Source: Nitrospirota bacterium (GTDB taxonomy: Bacteria; Nitrospirota; Nitrospiria; Nitrospirales; NS-4). Taken from it: a stretch of 64,000 nucleotides of DNA. The stretch covers positions 128,001 to 192,000 of the forward strand of contig CAWBGA010000017.1 in the NCBI GenBank assembly GCA_963788195.1, in the 5' to 3' direction. Shown piece after piece: positions 11,049-20,845 of the stretch. The translations under genes and the position numbers were made by a program. Position 1 is the first letter of the stretch; every line of letters starts with the position of its first letter. The notes under the pieces were generated by a model. That model did no database searches, was not told the origin of the DNA, and worked only from the letters and a program-made list of their open reading frames with translations.

Positions 11049-11192
11049 TTACGGTAACGGTAGGAGCAGCGTTTTTACGACAGCGGCCGACAGACTCTTT
11101 TCAAATAAAACGGCATATGCCCCGCCGAATAACAAACTAATCATGAACATCGTCCAGAGGAAGCCAAACCTTGCAATGCTATTGCCCATCAT
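11049..11192 (-). CDS. Possible small membrane protein (47 aa)
   Basis: MMGNSIARFGFLWTMFMISLLFGGAYAVL... one hydrophobic helix, purine-rich upstream; no recognised family. Confidence 0.3.
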   Translation of the reverse strand: MMGNSIARFGFLWTMFMISLLFGGAYAVLFEKSLSAAVVKTLLLPLP

Positions 11193-11294
11193 CCGACAAC
11201 CCTCTGTTTCTTGCGTTATGGTAAGTCCAATGACGCTGCCCAGCCATAGATCAAAGGGGGGGGAGTATGGCTCTTCCGAAGATCGCGTACCAAG

Positions 11295-11651
11295 GGGAAG
11301 AGGCGTTTGGCAAACTCCAGGCCACGGGAAAACGACGTCGTCTTGGCGAAGTCGGGGGTGGGCTGGGTGAAATGGAGGGTGCAAAGGGGCAGAAGGAGTT
11401 TGCCCGGGGCACCTCTTGCCTTCACTTGCAAGGGGTCGAAATGACTCCAGGCCACGGGAAAAGGACGCGCCCCCCGGGAGAGGAGGCTACTTCAGGCTCG
11501 GAGGCGGGCTGGGTGCAATGGCCGTCCGGGCGGGAGGGGTGTCACGGGACAAGGCGCTGTCTTGGCAGCGCCGGGGTGGGAGGGTGTCACGGGACAAGGC
11601 GCTGTCTTGGCAGCGCCGGGGTGGGAGGGTGGTATGGAGGTGCAAAGGGGT
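11295..11651 (+). repeat. Modular hairpin repeat cluster 1 (includes 2 x 45 bp tandem at 11537-11626 and 48-bp element at 11404-11451)
   Basis: Hairpins cgacgtcg-TCTTGG-cgaagtcg (11333-11354) and ggcgctg-TCTTGG-cagcgcc (11553-11572, 11598-11617) with shared flanks. Confidence 0.9.
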
Positions 11652-11694
11652 GAACGGCTCTTCCAGCCGTTGAAGCCTCCGCTATAAAACTCGA

Positions 11695-12123
11695 TCAAAA
11701 GCTGAAGGTCAGGCTGAATACGCCCAGGAATTGTTGGGTGTTCTGGGCCCCGAAACCAAACAGGCTATTGAGAGGAATACCGGCGCCGCCTGACGCATCG
11801 CCGTACGGGCTCTGCATAGAGTAGATCCGTTCGACGGAGGCGGTCATTTGCATAGCGAACCGGCTTGTGAATTGAAAGCGCAACGGCACTTTAACATCAT
11901 AGTAATGACGCATTGGGTAACGAAGTTCATCCCCTCCTTGAATCCGCATCACCTTGTCGATATACGGAATTCGAATCAAGACTTCAGGGACCACTCCATC
12001 ATAGTTGAAACGAATATAGGAGCCATCGAGCAAGAGGTTGTTATAGCCCTGATCGGCAAACGCGTCTGTGACCGACAGGATCAGGACCAGCAGAGCGAGG
12101 ATACAGAAGCTAGAGAGGCGCAT
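11695..12123 (-). CDS. Hypothetical exported protein, possibly outer-membrane (C-terminal Phe)
   Basis: Signal peptide MRLSSFCILALLVLILSVTDAFA; ends GVFSLTFSF with alternating hydrophobics; AT-rich upstream region 12157-12310. Confidence 0.55.
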   Translation of the reverse strand: MRLSSFCILALLVLILSVTDAFADQGYNNLLLDGSYIRFNYDGVVPEVLIRIPYIDKVMRIQGGDELRYPMRHYYDVKVPLRFQFTSRFAMQMTASVERIYSMQSPYGDASGGAGIPLNSLFGFGAQNTQQFLGVFSLTFSF

Positions 12124-12432
12124 AGCAGCAGGCTCACGAGACATACTATATCGCACCTAGGTTTATTTTAGTCATTTCGCCTCATGATTGCTACTGTTAT
12201 TTTAGCACGAATAGTTTATTAAAATTACTAATGTAGATGTATTAACTTAGTTCATATACCCTAACAGTTACGATATACAATATATCGATTTTCTTTTAGT
12301 TTTCATTGACATCTGTGTGACTGTTCTAGTCCTGACCTTCGCCGATGCCGCCGGGAAGAAAGGCTGGATGGGACGAGTAAGAGGTCACTAGATCCTCGCT
12401 CAATCGAGACATGCTCGCCCGCATTATTCAGA

Positions 12433-13707
12433 TCATCGAGCGAGAGTGCGAAGTGCCTCCACAACTTCCGCCACCTCTTCGATGGTATTGTAGTGGACAA
12501 GTCCTATCCTGAGCATCCCGCCCAACGTTTCAACCCCCAGGCGCTCAGACAGATTAATGGCGTAGTAATTTCCCGCCCAGGTAAACATGCCTTGATCCGA
12601 AAGAAGCCTCGCCAGATCCTGAGGCGAGTGTGTTGCTAACCGGACCGCGACAGTCGGTGTGCGCCAGTGAAAGCGATCCGGTTCGGTTACGCCGTAGAAA
12701 GTCAAACCGGGAATCGCCTGCAAATCTTCAATTAAGGGCACAACCAGGGTTCGCTCGTATCTCCTGATCGCTTCCATCGCAGACACGAGCGCGGCACGTC
12801 GTGCCATTGTTTCCGACGCACCGATATTTGAGGCCACGCGACGGCCCAACTCCACGAGATATTCGATTGCCGCCGTCACCCCTGCCAGCCCTTCGTGATT
12901 TTGCGTGCCCGTCTCCCATCGCTCCGGAGGCTGCTCGGTCGCCGGCCTGACTTTATACGGCCGCAAGCGGCTCAGATGCTCGCGCTTTCCGTAGAGCACC
13001 CCCACGTGTGGCGCGAAAAACTTATACGGTGAGCACGCGAGAAAATCGCAGTCCAACGCGCGCACATCAATCGTGCCATGTGGCGCAAAATGCACGGCAT
13101 CAACGAACACCAGCGCGCCCGCCGCGTGGCCCAGACGGACAATGCTCGCCACGTCATTGATCGTTCCGACAGCGTTCGAAGCGTAGCACACAGCCACGAG
13201 ACGCGTTCGATCGTTGAGCTGCCGGCGAAAGTCTTCCATGTCCAGCGTACAGTCCTTGACATCAATGTCCACATGTCGAATCGTAACCCCTTGCTCTTCT
13301 AACGCCGACCACGGCGCGATATTGGCGTCATGATCCAGGCGAGTGAGAACAATCTCATCTCCCGGCCGAAATTCCCGTCCAAGCGAGCGGCTTAACGCAA
13401 ACGTCATCGTCGTCATGTTCTGCCCGAAGACAATCTCATCTGCCTCGCAGCCAAGAAAATCAGCCATTGCTGCTCGCGCCTTGGCAATAGTGGCATCGGT
13501 ACGATGGCTCGTAGGAAAGCTGCCATGGCTGTTGGCATTTGACCGGGCGAGGTAGTCTGCGACAGCATCGATCACGCGTTGCGGCACCTGTGTTCCACCT
13601 GGGCTATCCAGGTATATAGCGGGTCGTCCCTGTAGGTCCTGTTGGAGGGCCGGAAACTGCTGTCGAATCCAACCAAGGTGGGTAGAAAAATCCTCGGGCG
13701 CCATCAA
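12433..13707 (-). CDS. Cysteine desulfurase-like PLP aminotransferase class V
   Basis: YLDSPGGTQVP, DHDANIAPW, VDAVH, CSPYKFF (PLP Lys), ETGT, LRIGLVHYNT. Confidence 0.9.
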   Translation of the reverse strand: MMAPEDFSTHLGWIRQQFPALQQDLQGRPAIYLDSPGGTQVPQRVIDAVADYLARSNANSHGSFPTSHRTDATIAKARAAMADFLGCEADEIVFGQNMTTMTFALSRSLGREFRPGDEIVLTRLDHDANIAPWSALEEQGVTIRHVDIDVKDCTLDMEDFRRQLNDRTRLVAVCYASNAVGTINDVASIVRLGHAAGALVFVDAVHFAPHGTIDVRALDCDFLACSPYKFFAPHVGVLYGKREHLSRLRPYKVRPATEQPPERWETGTQNHEGLAGVTAAIEYLVELGRRVASNIGASETMARRAALVSAMEAIRRYERTLVVPLIEDLQAIPGLTFYGVTEPDRFHWRTPTVAVRLATHSPQDLARLLSDQGMFTWAGNYYAINLSERLGVETLGGMLRIGLVHYNTIEEVAEVVEALRTLAR

Positions 13708-13883
13708 CTCACTCCTTTCAAAAAGTTACAAAGACTTCTCATGATAGATGAGACGTTGGAGATTCTGCTTAGCATACTGAAAAGTGACGCCAGATTCTTC
13801 TTCAGCATATCGAAATCGCCGTGCCCCAGCGATTGACGTAGCACTTGATGTTATAATCAACGCACCTTCTATTCGGGTCTTTC

Positions 13884-14840
13884 ATGGTTCGTCGCCTGGT
13901 AGTTATTATATTGATGATTGCGGCAAGCTTCACGGCGATCATCACCTATGCGCCCTTTGCGACCCCCATTGCCACTCCGTCAAAGCCACAAGAATGGCGG
14001 ATCCTCGATACAAGCACGGGAGACTCGATAGCCTTTGATGAGTTTGCCTCACGTCTTGCTGTCACGGACGTCATCTATCTTGGTGAGCAGCATCGCAATC
14101 AGGCTCATATCGACGCAGCCATCATCATTCTGGAGGTTCTCCAGCAGCGCCAGCGTCTTCCCATTCTGGGCCTTGAGATGTTCTCCTGGGACGGGCAAGT
14201 GGCCTTGGATCGATATCTTTTGGACACCGCTCCAGCCAAGATGCAGTTTCTCCAGGATGCGCGATGGCAGGAGAACTGGGGCGGGGTCTATGAAGAATAC
14301 GAACCTTTGGTCGAGAGTGCCAGGCGACACCATCTGCCAATCATTGCCCTGAATCCCCCCAGGCCGCTCGTCCGAAAGATCGCCAAGGAGGGACTGCGGC
14401 CAGAGGCTCTCGACGCCGAAATGGGCCGTTGGGGCATGCGGGGCGAAAAGTTTGTACAGGATGCCGCGTACCAAGACACAATTTTAGAACAACTACGGGC
14501 ATGCCATCGGGGACTCCCTTCCAACGCCTATCAACGGATGTATGAAGCCTCCCTGTTTCGTGATGAGGGCATGGCAAAAACTATTTCAGATGCCGCGGAG
14601 CGCTTGCCGAAAGCCGGCCCCATCGTCAGTTATACGGGCGCGGGGCACATCCAATACCGGTTACCCATCCCAAACCGAGTCGCCCGAAGACGCCCGGAGC
14701 TTCGACAAATCACTGTGTACCTCGTTGCTGTAAACCCCGCTGAGGTCGAGGACCTTGACCTGCTGCTCAAGCCGGCCATCGCTGATTATCTGTGGCTCAC
14801 TCCGCCAAGTCAGCACGGCCCCCCAGTGCGATGTTCCTAG
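13884..14840 (+). CDS. ChaN/PhuW-family (iron/haem-uptake associated) exported protein
   Basis: VIYLGEQH, LGLEMF, RDEGMA and GAGH motifs; N-terminal signal/anchor. Confidence 0.8.
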   Translation: MVRRLVVIILMIAASFTAIITYAPFATPIATPSKPQEWRILDTSTGDSIAFDEFASRLAVTDVIYLGEQHRNQAHIDAAIIILEVLQQRQRLPILGLEMFSWDGQVALDRYLLDTAPAKMQFLQDARWQENWGGVYEEYEPLVESARRHHLPIIALNPPRPLVRKIAKEGLRPEALDAEMGRWGMRGEKFVQDAAYQDTILEQLRACHRGLPSNAYQRMYEASLFRDEGMAKTISDAAERLPKAGPIVSYTGAGHIQYRLPIPNRVARRRPELRQITVYLVAVNPAEVEDLDLLLKPAIADYLWLTPPSQHGPPVRCS

Positions 14841-16324
14841 AACACGATTGTATATTGCAAGCGTGCGCGATTCTCGATCAGTGAGACCGCGCCCGTTCCG
14901 GTGTCTGCGGCACTCAACCGCGTCGTGATCACGCCGTAGTCGAACTGCAACTTGTGCTCATGGCCGCTTAGATACCAGTTGATACCGCCAACCCCGGACG
15001 TGATCGTATCTTCTGACCGCACGGTGTCCGGATCCATGTAACTGTACCGGCCCACGACTTCAATTGTCCGCGGAACCAGGAAATACCCTCCTTGGACATA
15101 GAAGCCGCTTGCATTCCCGATCCGCTTCGAATGGTCCCGGGTATCGATGTTACGAACAAATCCTTCCGCCTGCAGCGACAGCCCTTTGTACTTGAAGACC
15201 GCATCAATTCCGGTGGTCCCTATATTGACGACGCCTTGGTTCAGCAAGCGGCCGTTGCCTAAAGAAGCAAGGGCCGTCGAGATCTGATTATTGCTGCCGG
15301 CACCCGTGGTATTGGTCTGCAAGCCCGCGTTGTACCCGTGACTTGCTCCCACGCCAAATTGTGGCGTGGCCGAAAACGTCAGGTCACCTTCGGGATAGCC
15401 GGGCCTTCCTAACAGGTCTGCCGTCACACGTCCGACATACATGAATTCGTTGGCATTGCTTGGGGTACTGAGGCCTAGCCGGGTTAAATTGATGCCGACG
15501 CCATTGAACACGCCGATGTTGTAGTTAAAACGGTGCCTAGCCGGGTCGCTGAACAAGGTGACGCCTTGGTCGCGACGATCGAGGGCATTCGGTACGAATG
15601 CTTCGGCGACAAAACCACGATCCACAAACTGCAACAGCGCGGAGGACACAAATTCCTGCCGCCCATAGTGGGTGCGGTACTGCCCGACTTTCAGGTTGGC
15701 CCACGAGAGCTGCCCCAATGCCACGTATGCATCGTACAGTTGGGTAGTCGATCGCGACGTGCTGGGCTGCGTCGTCGAACCGTTCGTATCGTTCCTCAAT
15801 TGGACGAAATAGGTAATGTCCGGAGAGAACGCGAACCCTTCGAAGACGAGCCTGGCACGACGCACATCCAGTTCGGCGATGTCTTCGGCGTGGCGGAGCG
15901 CAGTAATTGTGCCGGCACCGGAGACAATCGGAAAGTTCTTGGTGTCTCCGACCGTATTGTAATTGGCATTGAAGGCGCTGTCGGTGAATCGAAATTGGGC
16001 CCGAATGCGGATCTTCAGGCGAAACTTGTCTTTGAACTGCGTATACAGTCCACGGTCGTACCCAAATTTGATGCCCTTTCCAAGCTCCACGGTAGTATCG
16101 GAATCAGATGCCGCCGCCGTGGCTTCAGGTTTTGGCGCCGACGGAGCGATTGAAGAACCCGGGCTTGGCGTTTCGGTTTCCCGCCGAGCCTGCTCGTACT
16201 CTTCCCGAGTGATGACTCCCTTCTTCAAGAGCAACTCCAGAGCCGGATCGCTCGCGCCGAAGCCGACACCGTAAAAATTGCCCCACAGTAAAAGAGCGCC
16301 GGCTAATAGCCATCTCGCTTTCAT
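14837..16324 (-). CDS. OprO/OprP-like anion-selective porin
   Basis: Signal peptide, LLKKGVITREEY N-domain, VRRARLVFEG, LQFVDR, RRDQG, GFYVQGGY, terminal Phe; GGAGG RBS. Confidence 0.8.
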   Translation of the reverse strand: MKARWLLAGALLLWGNFYGVGFGASDPALELLLKKGVITREEYEQARRETETPSPGSSIAPSAPKPEATAAASDSDTTVELGKGIKFGYDRGLYTQFKDKFRLKIRIRAQFRFTDSAFNANYNTVGDTKNFPIVSGAGTITALRHAEDIAELDVRRARLVFEGFAFSPDITYFVQLRNDTNGSTTQPSTSRSTTQLYDAYVALGQLSWANLKVGQYRTHYGRQEFVSSALLQFVDRGFVAEAFVPNALDRRDQGVTLFSDPARHRFNYNIGVFNGVGINLTRLGLSTPSNANEFMYVGRVTADLLGRPGYPEGDLTFSATPQFGVGASHGYNAGLQTNTTGAGSNNQISTALASLGNGRLLNQGVVNIGTTGIDAVFKYKGLSLQAEGFVRNIDTRDHSKRIGNASGFYVQGGYFLVPRTIEVVGRYSYMDPDTVRSEDTITSGVGGINWYLSGHEHKLQFDYGVITTRLSAADTGTGAVSLIENRARLQYTIVF

Positions 16325-16375
16325 GCTGTCCTCCTTTTAATTATATTGTTGATTAACATACTAAACTTTAGGTCC

Positions 16376-16400
16376 AAAAAAAGGCGCTCCGATCCGCCTT
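16376..16400 (-). terminator. Putative intrinsic terminator after cysA
   Basis: Minus strand AAGGCG-GATCGGAG-CGCCTT followed by a T run, immediately after the cysA stop. Confidence 0.5.
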
Positions 16401-17492
16401 CTACTCTGAGCGTGTCGCACCGAGTGCCGCCCCGTCCGGCAAAATCCTGAACTGGACGACCGCGAAAGAGATTTCTTGTCCCGTCTCATAGCGCCGCTCG
16501 GAATACTCCTCCTTGTTGAGACGCGAGCGCAGAATGAGGCCGTCCGCGCATTCGATTTCAACCCTATAGGCGACGCCGAGAAAGTACACGTGCTTGATGA
16601 CCGCGCGCAGCCGATAATACGACGGGTCGGCGGAAAGCTTGACGGCATAGGGGCGAAATCCGATAAGGATTTTAGTTCCGTCGGGGACTTCCGGCGCCGG
16701 AAACTCCAACGGACCCGCCCATGCCTTTCCGGTTTTCACTTCGGCCTCCACGATATTCATCACTCCGATGAAGCGTGCTACGAATTCCGTGGCCGGCTCC
16801 TCATACACCTGAGAGGGCATTCCCACCTGCTCAATCCGACCCTGATTCAGGACGATGATACGGTCTGAGACTTCCATCGCCTCTTCCTGGTCATGAGTGA
16901 CAAAAACGCTTGTCACATTCAATTCATCGTGCAGACGAATGAGCCATTCGCGCAGTTCCTGTCGAACCTTGGCGTCCACCGCCCCAAAGGGCTCATCGAG
17001 CAGCAGCAGGCTGGGTCTCGGCGCCAGGGCCCGGGCAATTGCGACGCGCTGACGTTGACCTCCTGACAGTTGATGCGGGTATCGACGCTCAAGCCCTTCA
17101 AGGCTGAGCAACCTCAGGAGTTCATCGACACGTGCGCGAATGTCTTCCCTTCGCCATTTCTTGACCTTTAGGCCGAAGGCGATGTTCTGAAACAACGTCA
17201 TATGCTTGAACAACGCATAGTGCTGGAAGACAAACCCGATGTTTCGCTCCTGCACCGGGAGATCGTTGACCCGCACGCCATCGATATAAATCTCTCCGGA
17301 CGTCGGTGTCTCGAGCCCCGCGATGATCCTGAGCACCGTCGTCTTCCCACTCCCGCTGGGACCCAACAGGCCAAGCAGCTCTCCTTCCCGGACGGACAAG
17401 CTGACCCGGTCCACTGCCGAGACAGCTCCGAAGCGCTTGCACAGTTCCCGTACCTCCAGCTTCCCGCTCTTCGTCATCGAATGCATTGCCAC
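16401..17492 (-). CDS. cysA: Sulfate ABC transporter ATP-binding protein
   Basis: GPSGSGKT, FVFQHYALFKHMT, LSGGQRQR, LLDEPFGAVDAKVRQELR; C-terminal TOBE-like domain. Confidence 0.93.
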   Translation of the reverse strand: MAMHSMTKSGKLEVRELCKRFGAVSAVDRVSLSVREGELLGLLGPSGSGKTTVLRIIAGLETPTSGEIYIDGVRVNDLPVQERNIGFVFQHYALFKHMTLFQNIAFGLKVKKWRREDIRARVDELLRLLSLEGLERRYPHQLSGGQRQRVAIARALAPRPSLLLLDEPFGAVDAKVRQELREWLIRLHDELNVTSVFVTHDQEEAMEVSDRIIVLNQGRIEQVGMPSQVYEEPATEFVARFIGVMNIVEAEVKTGKAWAGPLEFPAPEVPDGTKILIGFRPYAVKLSADPSYYRLRAVIKHVYFLGVAYRVEIECADGLILRSRLNKEEYSERRYETGQEISFAVVQFRILPDGAALGATRSE

Positions 17493-18347
17493 TTAGTGCG
17501 TCGTGACGACAAGGGGCTTGGTCGCTACCGTCCGGCCCGTCTCTGGAGCACGTTTGATCAACTCCATGGAGATCAGAATCATTAGAGAAAGCGAGGCCAT
17601 CACGAGCGCTGCGCCCGCAGCCGCAACCTCTTGGCGCTCATCCAAGGCACGAAAGATAAAGAGCGTCGCCGTCTCGGTTCGGCCGCTGATGCCCCCGCTG
17701 ACCACCAAAACAGCGCCGAATTCCCCCACAGCCCGGGCAAAAGTCAGGACAATGCCGTAGAACAATCCCCACTTGATGCCGGGCAGCGTGACACGCCAAA
17801 ACGTGGTCCATCGGCGTGCGCCGAGTGTATACGCCGCTTGCTCCTCATCCACGCCGCGCGATTGAAGTACCGGCATCAGCTCACGAATCACAAAAGGAAT
17901 CGATACGAAAATCGTGGCCAACAGCATTCCCGGCCAGTTGAAAATGATCTTGATGCCGGCGGCCTCCGCCCATGGCTCCAGCCAGCCTCCGCGGCCGAAC
18001 ACCAGGATATACATAAGACCTGCAACGACGGGCGAGACCGCGAACGGCAGGTCCACAAGTCCGTTCAGGAGTGAGCGCCCGACGAAGCGCTGCCGGACAA
18101 GGACAAAGGCAACCAGGGTTCCGAAGACCGTGCAGACCCCGACCGTCGCGATGGCGATCCAGAGCGTCATCCAGAAAGCGTGCAGGACCGTGGGCTGGGT
18201 CAATGCGAGCCAAAGCGGTCGCACACCTTGACTGAAGGCTTGAAGGACGACGGCCACGACCGGGCCCACGAGCAGGATCACGAGGTACCCGACCACCACC
18301 GTAATCAGCACTCGAGCCGTGCGTGGAAGCGGTTGCGCCATTGTCAT
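17493..18347 (-). CDS. cysW: Sulfate ABC transporter permease CysW
   Basis: DLPFAVSPVVAGL, EEQAAYTLGA, ARAVGEFGAVLVVSG. Confidence 0.92.
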   Translation of the reverse strand: MTMAQPLPRTARVLITVVVGYLVILLVGPVVAVVLQAFSQGVRPLWLALTQPTVLHAFWMTLWIAIATVGVCTVFGTLVAFVLVRQRFVGRSLLNGLVDLPFAVSPVVAGLMYILVFGRGGWLEPWAEAAGIKIIFNWPGMLLATIFVSIPFVIRELMPVLQSRGVDEEQAAYTLGARRWTTFWRVTLPGIKWGLFYGIVLTFARAVGEFGAVLVVSGGISGRTETATLFIFRALDERQEVAAAGAALVMASLSLMILISMELIKRAPETGRTVATKPLVVTTH

Positions 18348-19171
18348 CCGACTTGACGCCGTTCGCGTCGCTGTTGCGCCCAGTCCACGCTAAAGATCAG
18401 GAGAAAGGCGAGGGCCAAGAGCAAGACAGACATGGATGCCGCCCCACGAAGATTACCGGCTTCGATCTCGCCAAAGATGTAGACGGGGGCTGTCAGGGAC
18501 TTGCCGGGAATGTTACCCGCCACAATGACGATCGACCCGAACTCCCCCAGTGCCCGGGCGAAGCATAATAACGCCCCAGTGATAACGGACGGCATGATGG
18601 CCGGCAGCAATACTTTGAAGAATGTCAGCCCAGGACCGGCGCCCAGGGTGTAGGCGGCTTCCTCCTGGTCGGTTTCGAGATCCATCAACACGGGCTGCAC
18701 CGCTCGCACTACGAAAGGATACGTTACAAAGAGTAACGCCAGCACAATTCCGGTCGGCGCAAACATGATCTCCACGCCATGACCTTTGAGCCACGCTCCC
18801 ACCGCATGCTGGGGTCCATACAAGACCACCAACATGATGCCGGTGATCAGCGTGGGAAAAGCAAACGGCAGATCCACCACCGCATTGAGCCAAGCGTGGC
18901 CGGGAAACCGATACCGCACTAACACATAGGCCGTCAGGGTTCCCATCACGGTATTGAGAATGGTCATGAGCAGCGCTGTCCAGAGCGTTAACCAGAGCGC
19001 GGCCCTCGCGGATGGAGCATGCAGATCCTCCCAAAATCCGGCGAGGCCGTCCACGAACCCGCGGTCGACCACCGCAGCCAGAGGGATCACAATCATAAAG
19101 GACAGGAATACCATCGCAGTGGACCGCAGCCCCCACCTGCCCCACGGATTGTTGACGGGATTGTGGCTCAC
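18344..19171 (-). CDS. cysT: Sulfate ABC transporter permease CysT (GTG start overlapping sbp stop)
   Basis: AYVLVRYRFPG, DLPFAFPT, PFVVRAVQPV, ARALGEFGS...AGNIP. Confidence 0.92.
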   Translation of the reverse strand: MSHNPVNNPWGRWGLRSTAMVFLSFMIVIPLAAVVDRGFVDGLAGFWEDLHAPSARAALWLTLWTALLMTILNTVMGTLTAYVLVRYRFPGHAWLNAVVDLPFAFPTLITGIMLVVLYGPQHAVGAWLKGHGVEIMFAPTGIVLALLFVTYPFVVRAVQPVLMDLETDQEEAAYTLGAGPGLTFFKVLLPAIMPSVITGALLCFARALGEFGSIVIVAGNIPGKSLTAPVYIFGEIEAGNLRGAASMSVLLLALAFLLIFSVDWAQQRRERRQVG

Positions 19172-20250
19172 CGCTTTACCTCCGACACAGCGACGGTATA
19201 CATCCCTTTCGGGCCGAAAATATCTTTTGTGACTTTTTCCCATCCTCCCAGGAACTGAATCGTCCAGAGATCTTTCACAGCAGGAAATCCCCGGGCAGTC
19301 TCCTTGGCGATCGCCGGGTCCACAGAGCGCAACCCGTACCTGGCGAAGATGCGCTGAGCTTCAGGTGTACCCAGGAACTTCATGAAGCCTTCGGCAACCG
19401 GCCTGGACCCGTGCTTGTCCACCCACTTGTCAATCGCCGCGACAGGGTTTTCGATCAAGATCGTTGACGTTGGCACCACATACTCGTAGCTCTGTCCTGC
19501 CTGCCGTGCGATCAAAACCTCGTTTTCGTAGGTAATCGCGACATCGCCGATACCGCGTTCAAAGTTGGTGATGGATTCGCGGGCGCCCTTGTCCATCACC
19601 GTCACGTTTCTTAGGACGGCCTGAAGAAAATTTCTGGCCGCGTTGGCATCGCCTTTGGGCACCCCCTGCACATTGCCGCGCAGCGCTGCCCCATAAAGCC
19701 CGGTGATGTTCCACATGGCTCCCCCGCTCGTCTTCGGGTTCGGGGTTAGAATCTCCATGCCGGGCTTCGCCAAGTCGGCCCAGTCATGGATGCGTTTGGG
19801 ATTTCCAGGGCGTACCGCGAGCACGACGATGGAATGACTAATCATTCCCTTGGTCTGGTTGCTCTTCCAGTCATGCGTAATGAGACCCGCCTCCTTGATC
19901 TTGTCGACATCACCTTCGAGCGACAATGCCGCGACATCAGCTTCAAATCCAGCGACGATGGCACGGGCCTGGGCGCCGCTCCCCAAATATGACTCTTGAA
20001 ACCTCACGCTCTGCCCGGTTTGCTTCTTCCAGTACTCCTGAAAAGCCGGAATGATGGCTTTGCCGTAGGCCTCGCGCGGCGTCGTGTAGGCGCCGAGGAT
20101 CAGCGTGACCTCAGCGGCGAGGACAACTGGAACGGTGTTCAATAGAAGAATCAGAACGGCGGCTAACGCAGAAAAGAACTTTTGTGATTTGCGTGACCAG
20201 CCGTGTATGGCTTCCGAACCTCGTGCCGACAAATTAGCTGTACGTTTCAT
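19168..20250 (-). CDS. sbp: Sulfate-binding periplasmic protein
   Basis: SYLGSGAQARAI, GNPKRIHDWADL, TPNPKTSGGAMWN, GDVAITYENE. Start placed at MKRT (20250) after AAGGTGAG; the longer ORF merely reads through repeats. Confidence 0.92.
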   Translation of the reverse strand: MKRTANLSARGSEAIHGWSRKSQKFFSALAAVLILLLNTVPVVLAAEVTLILGAYTTPREAYGKAIIPAFQEYWKKQTGQSVRFQESYLGSGAQARAIVAGFEADVAALSLEGDVDKIKEAGLITHDWKSNQTKGMISHSIVVLAVRPGNPKRIHDWADLAKPGMEILTPNPKTSGGAMWNITGLYGAALRGNVQGVPKGDANAARNFLQAVLRNVTVMDKGARESITNFERGIGDVAITYENEVLIARQAGQSYEYVVPTSTILIENPVAAIDKWVDKHGSRPVAEGFMKFLGTPEAQRIFARYGLRSVDPAIAKETARGFPAVKDLWTIQFLGGWEKVTKDIFGPKGMYTVAVSEVKR

Positions 20251-20304
20251 GCTTGTACTCACCTTCTCCATGCCAATTGCATCGGGCCTAGCCTTGGACG
20301 GCCG

Positions 20305-20845
20305 TTTCCACCCGCCATTGCACCCGCCCACCCCGGGTCGGCCGGGACCGACCCCGTCCCCGGCGCACCCGCCCACCCCGGGTCGGCCGGGACCGACCCC
20401 GTCCCCGGCGCACCCGCCCACCCCGGCCCCGGCCATTGCACCCAACACTACACCCGGCCCTTCCCCGGACGCGTTGGTCCGCGTCCCTTTCCCGTGGCCC
20501 CGAGCCTGCTGCAGGCTCTCCTCCCGCGGGACGGGGTCCTTTTCCCGTGGACACCCGTCTTCCCCCGGAGGCTATGTCGCCCGCCCAGCCTCGCGGCGCA
20601 TTGCACCCACCATCCCTGGAGTCATTTCGACCCCTTGCAAGTGAAGGCAAGAGGTGCCCCGGACAGACTCCCTAGCCCCCAGGACGGCCGCTCTTCCGGT
20701 GGAACGCGTCCTTTTCCCGTGGCCCTTGGCCTGAAGTAGACTCTTTTCCCGTGGGACGCGTCCTTTTCCCGTGGCCGGAACTCTGCCGGGGCAAACTCTT
20801 GTCCTGTAAAACGGCCTCTCTTCCCGGACGCCTCTTTTTCCCGAC
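20305..20845 (-). repeat. Modular hairpin repeat cluster 2 (45-bp tandem x2.4 at 20320-20426; 48-bp element 20615-20662)
   Basis: Minus-strand hairpins gggtcgg-TCCCGG-ccgaccc (20335-20354, 20380-20399) and ggacgcg-GACCAA-cgcgtcc (20467-20486); several CCACGGGAAAAGG flank copies. Confidence 0.9.

Noticed and set aside
12157..12310. Strongly AT-rich tract as a replication origin or mobile element end
   Set aside because: No DnaA-box array, iterons or terminal repeats seen; most simply a promoter region for the downstream exported protein.
14837..14840. Convergent ChaN-like and porin genes share overlapping TAG stops (CTAG)
   Set aside because: Common arrangement for convergent genes; no further signal.
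11537..20426. 45-bp tandem repeats as CRISPR arrays
   Set aside because: Units are directly adjacent and identical with no unique spacers, there are only 2-3 copies, and no cas genes are present.
20251..20448. Gly/Pro/Cys-rich N-terminal extension of Sbp and other ORFs over the repeat clusters (e.g. 11267..11653, 20105..20644, 21311..21802, 22150..22491)
   Set aside because: These are translations of GC-rich repeat DNA that lacks stop codons; Sbp has a better start at 20250.
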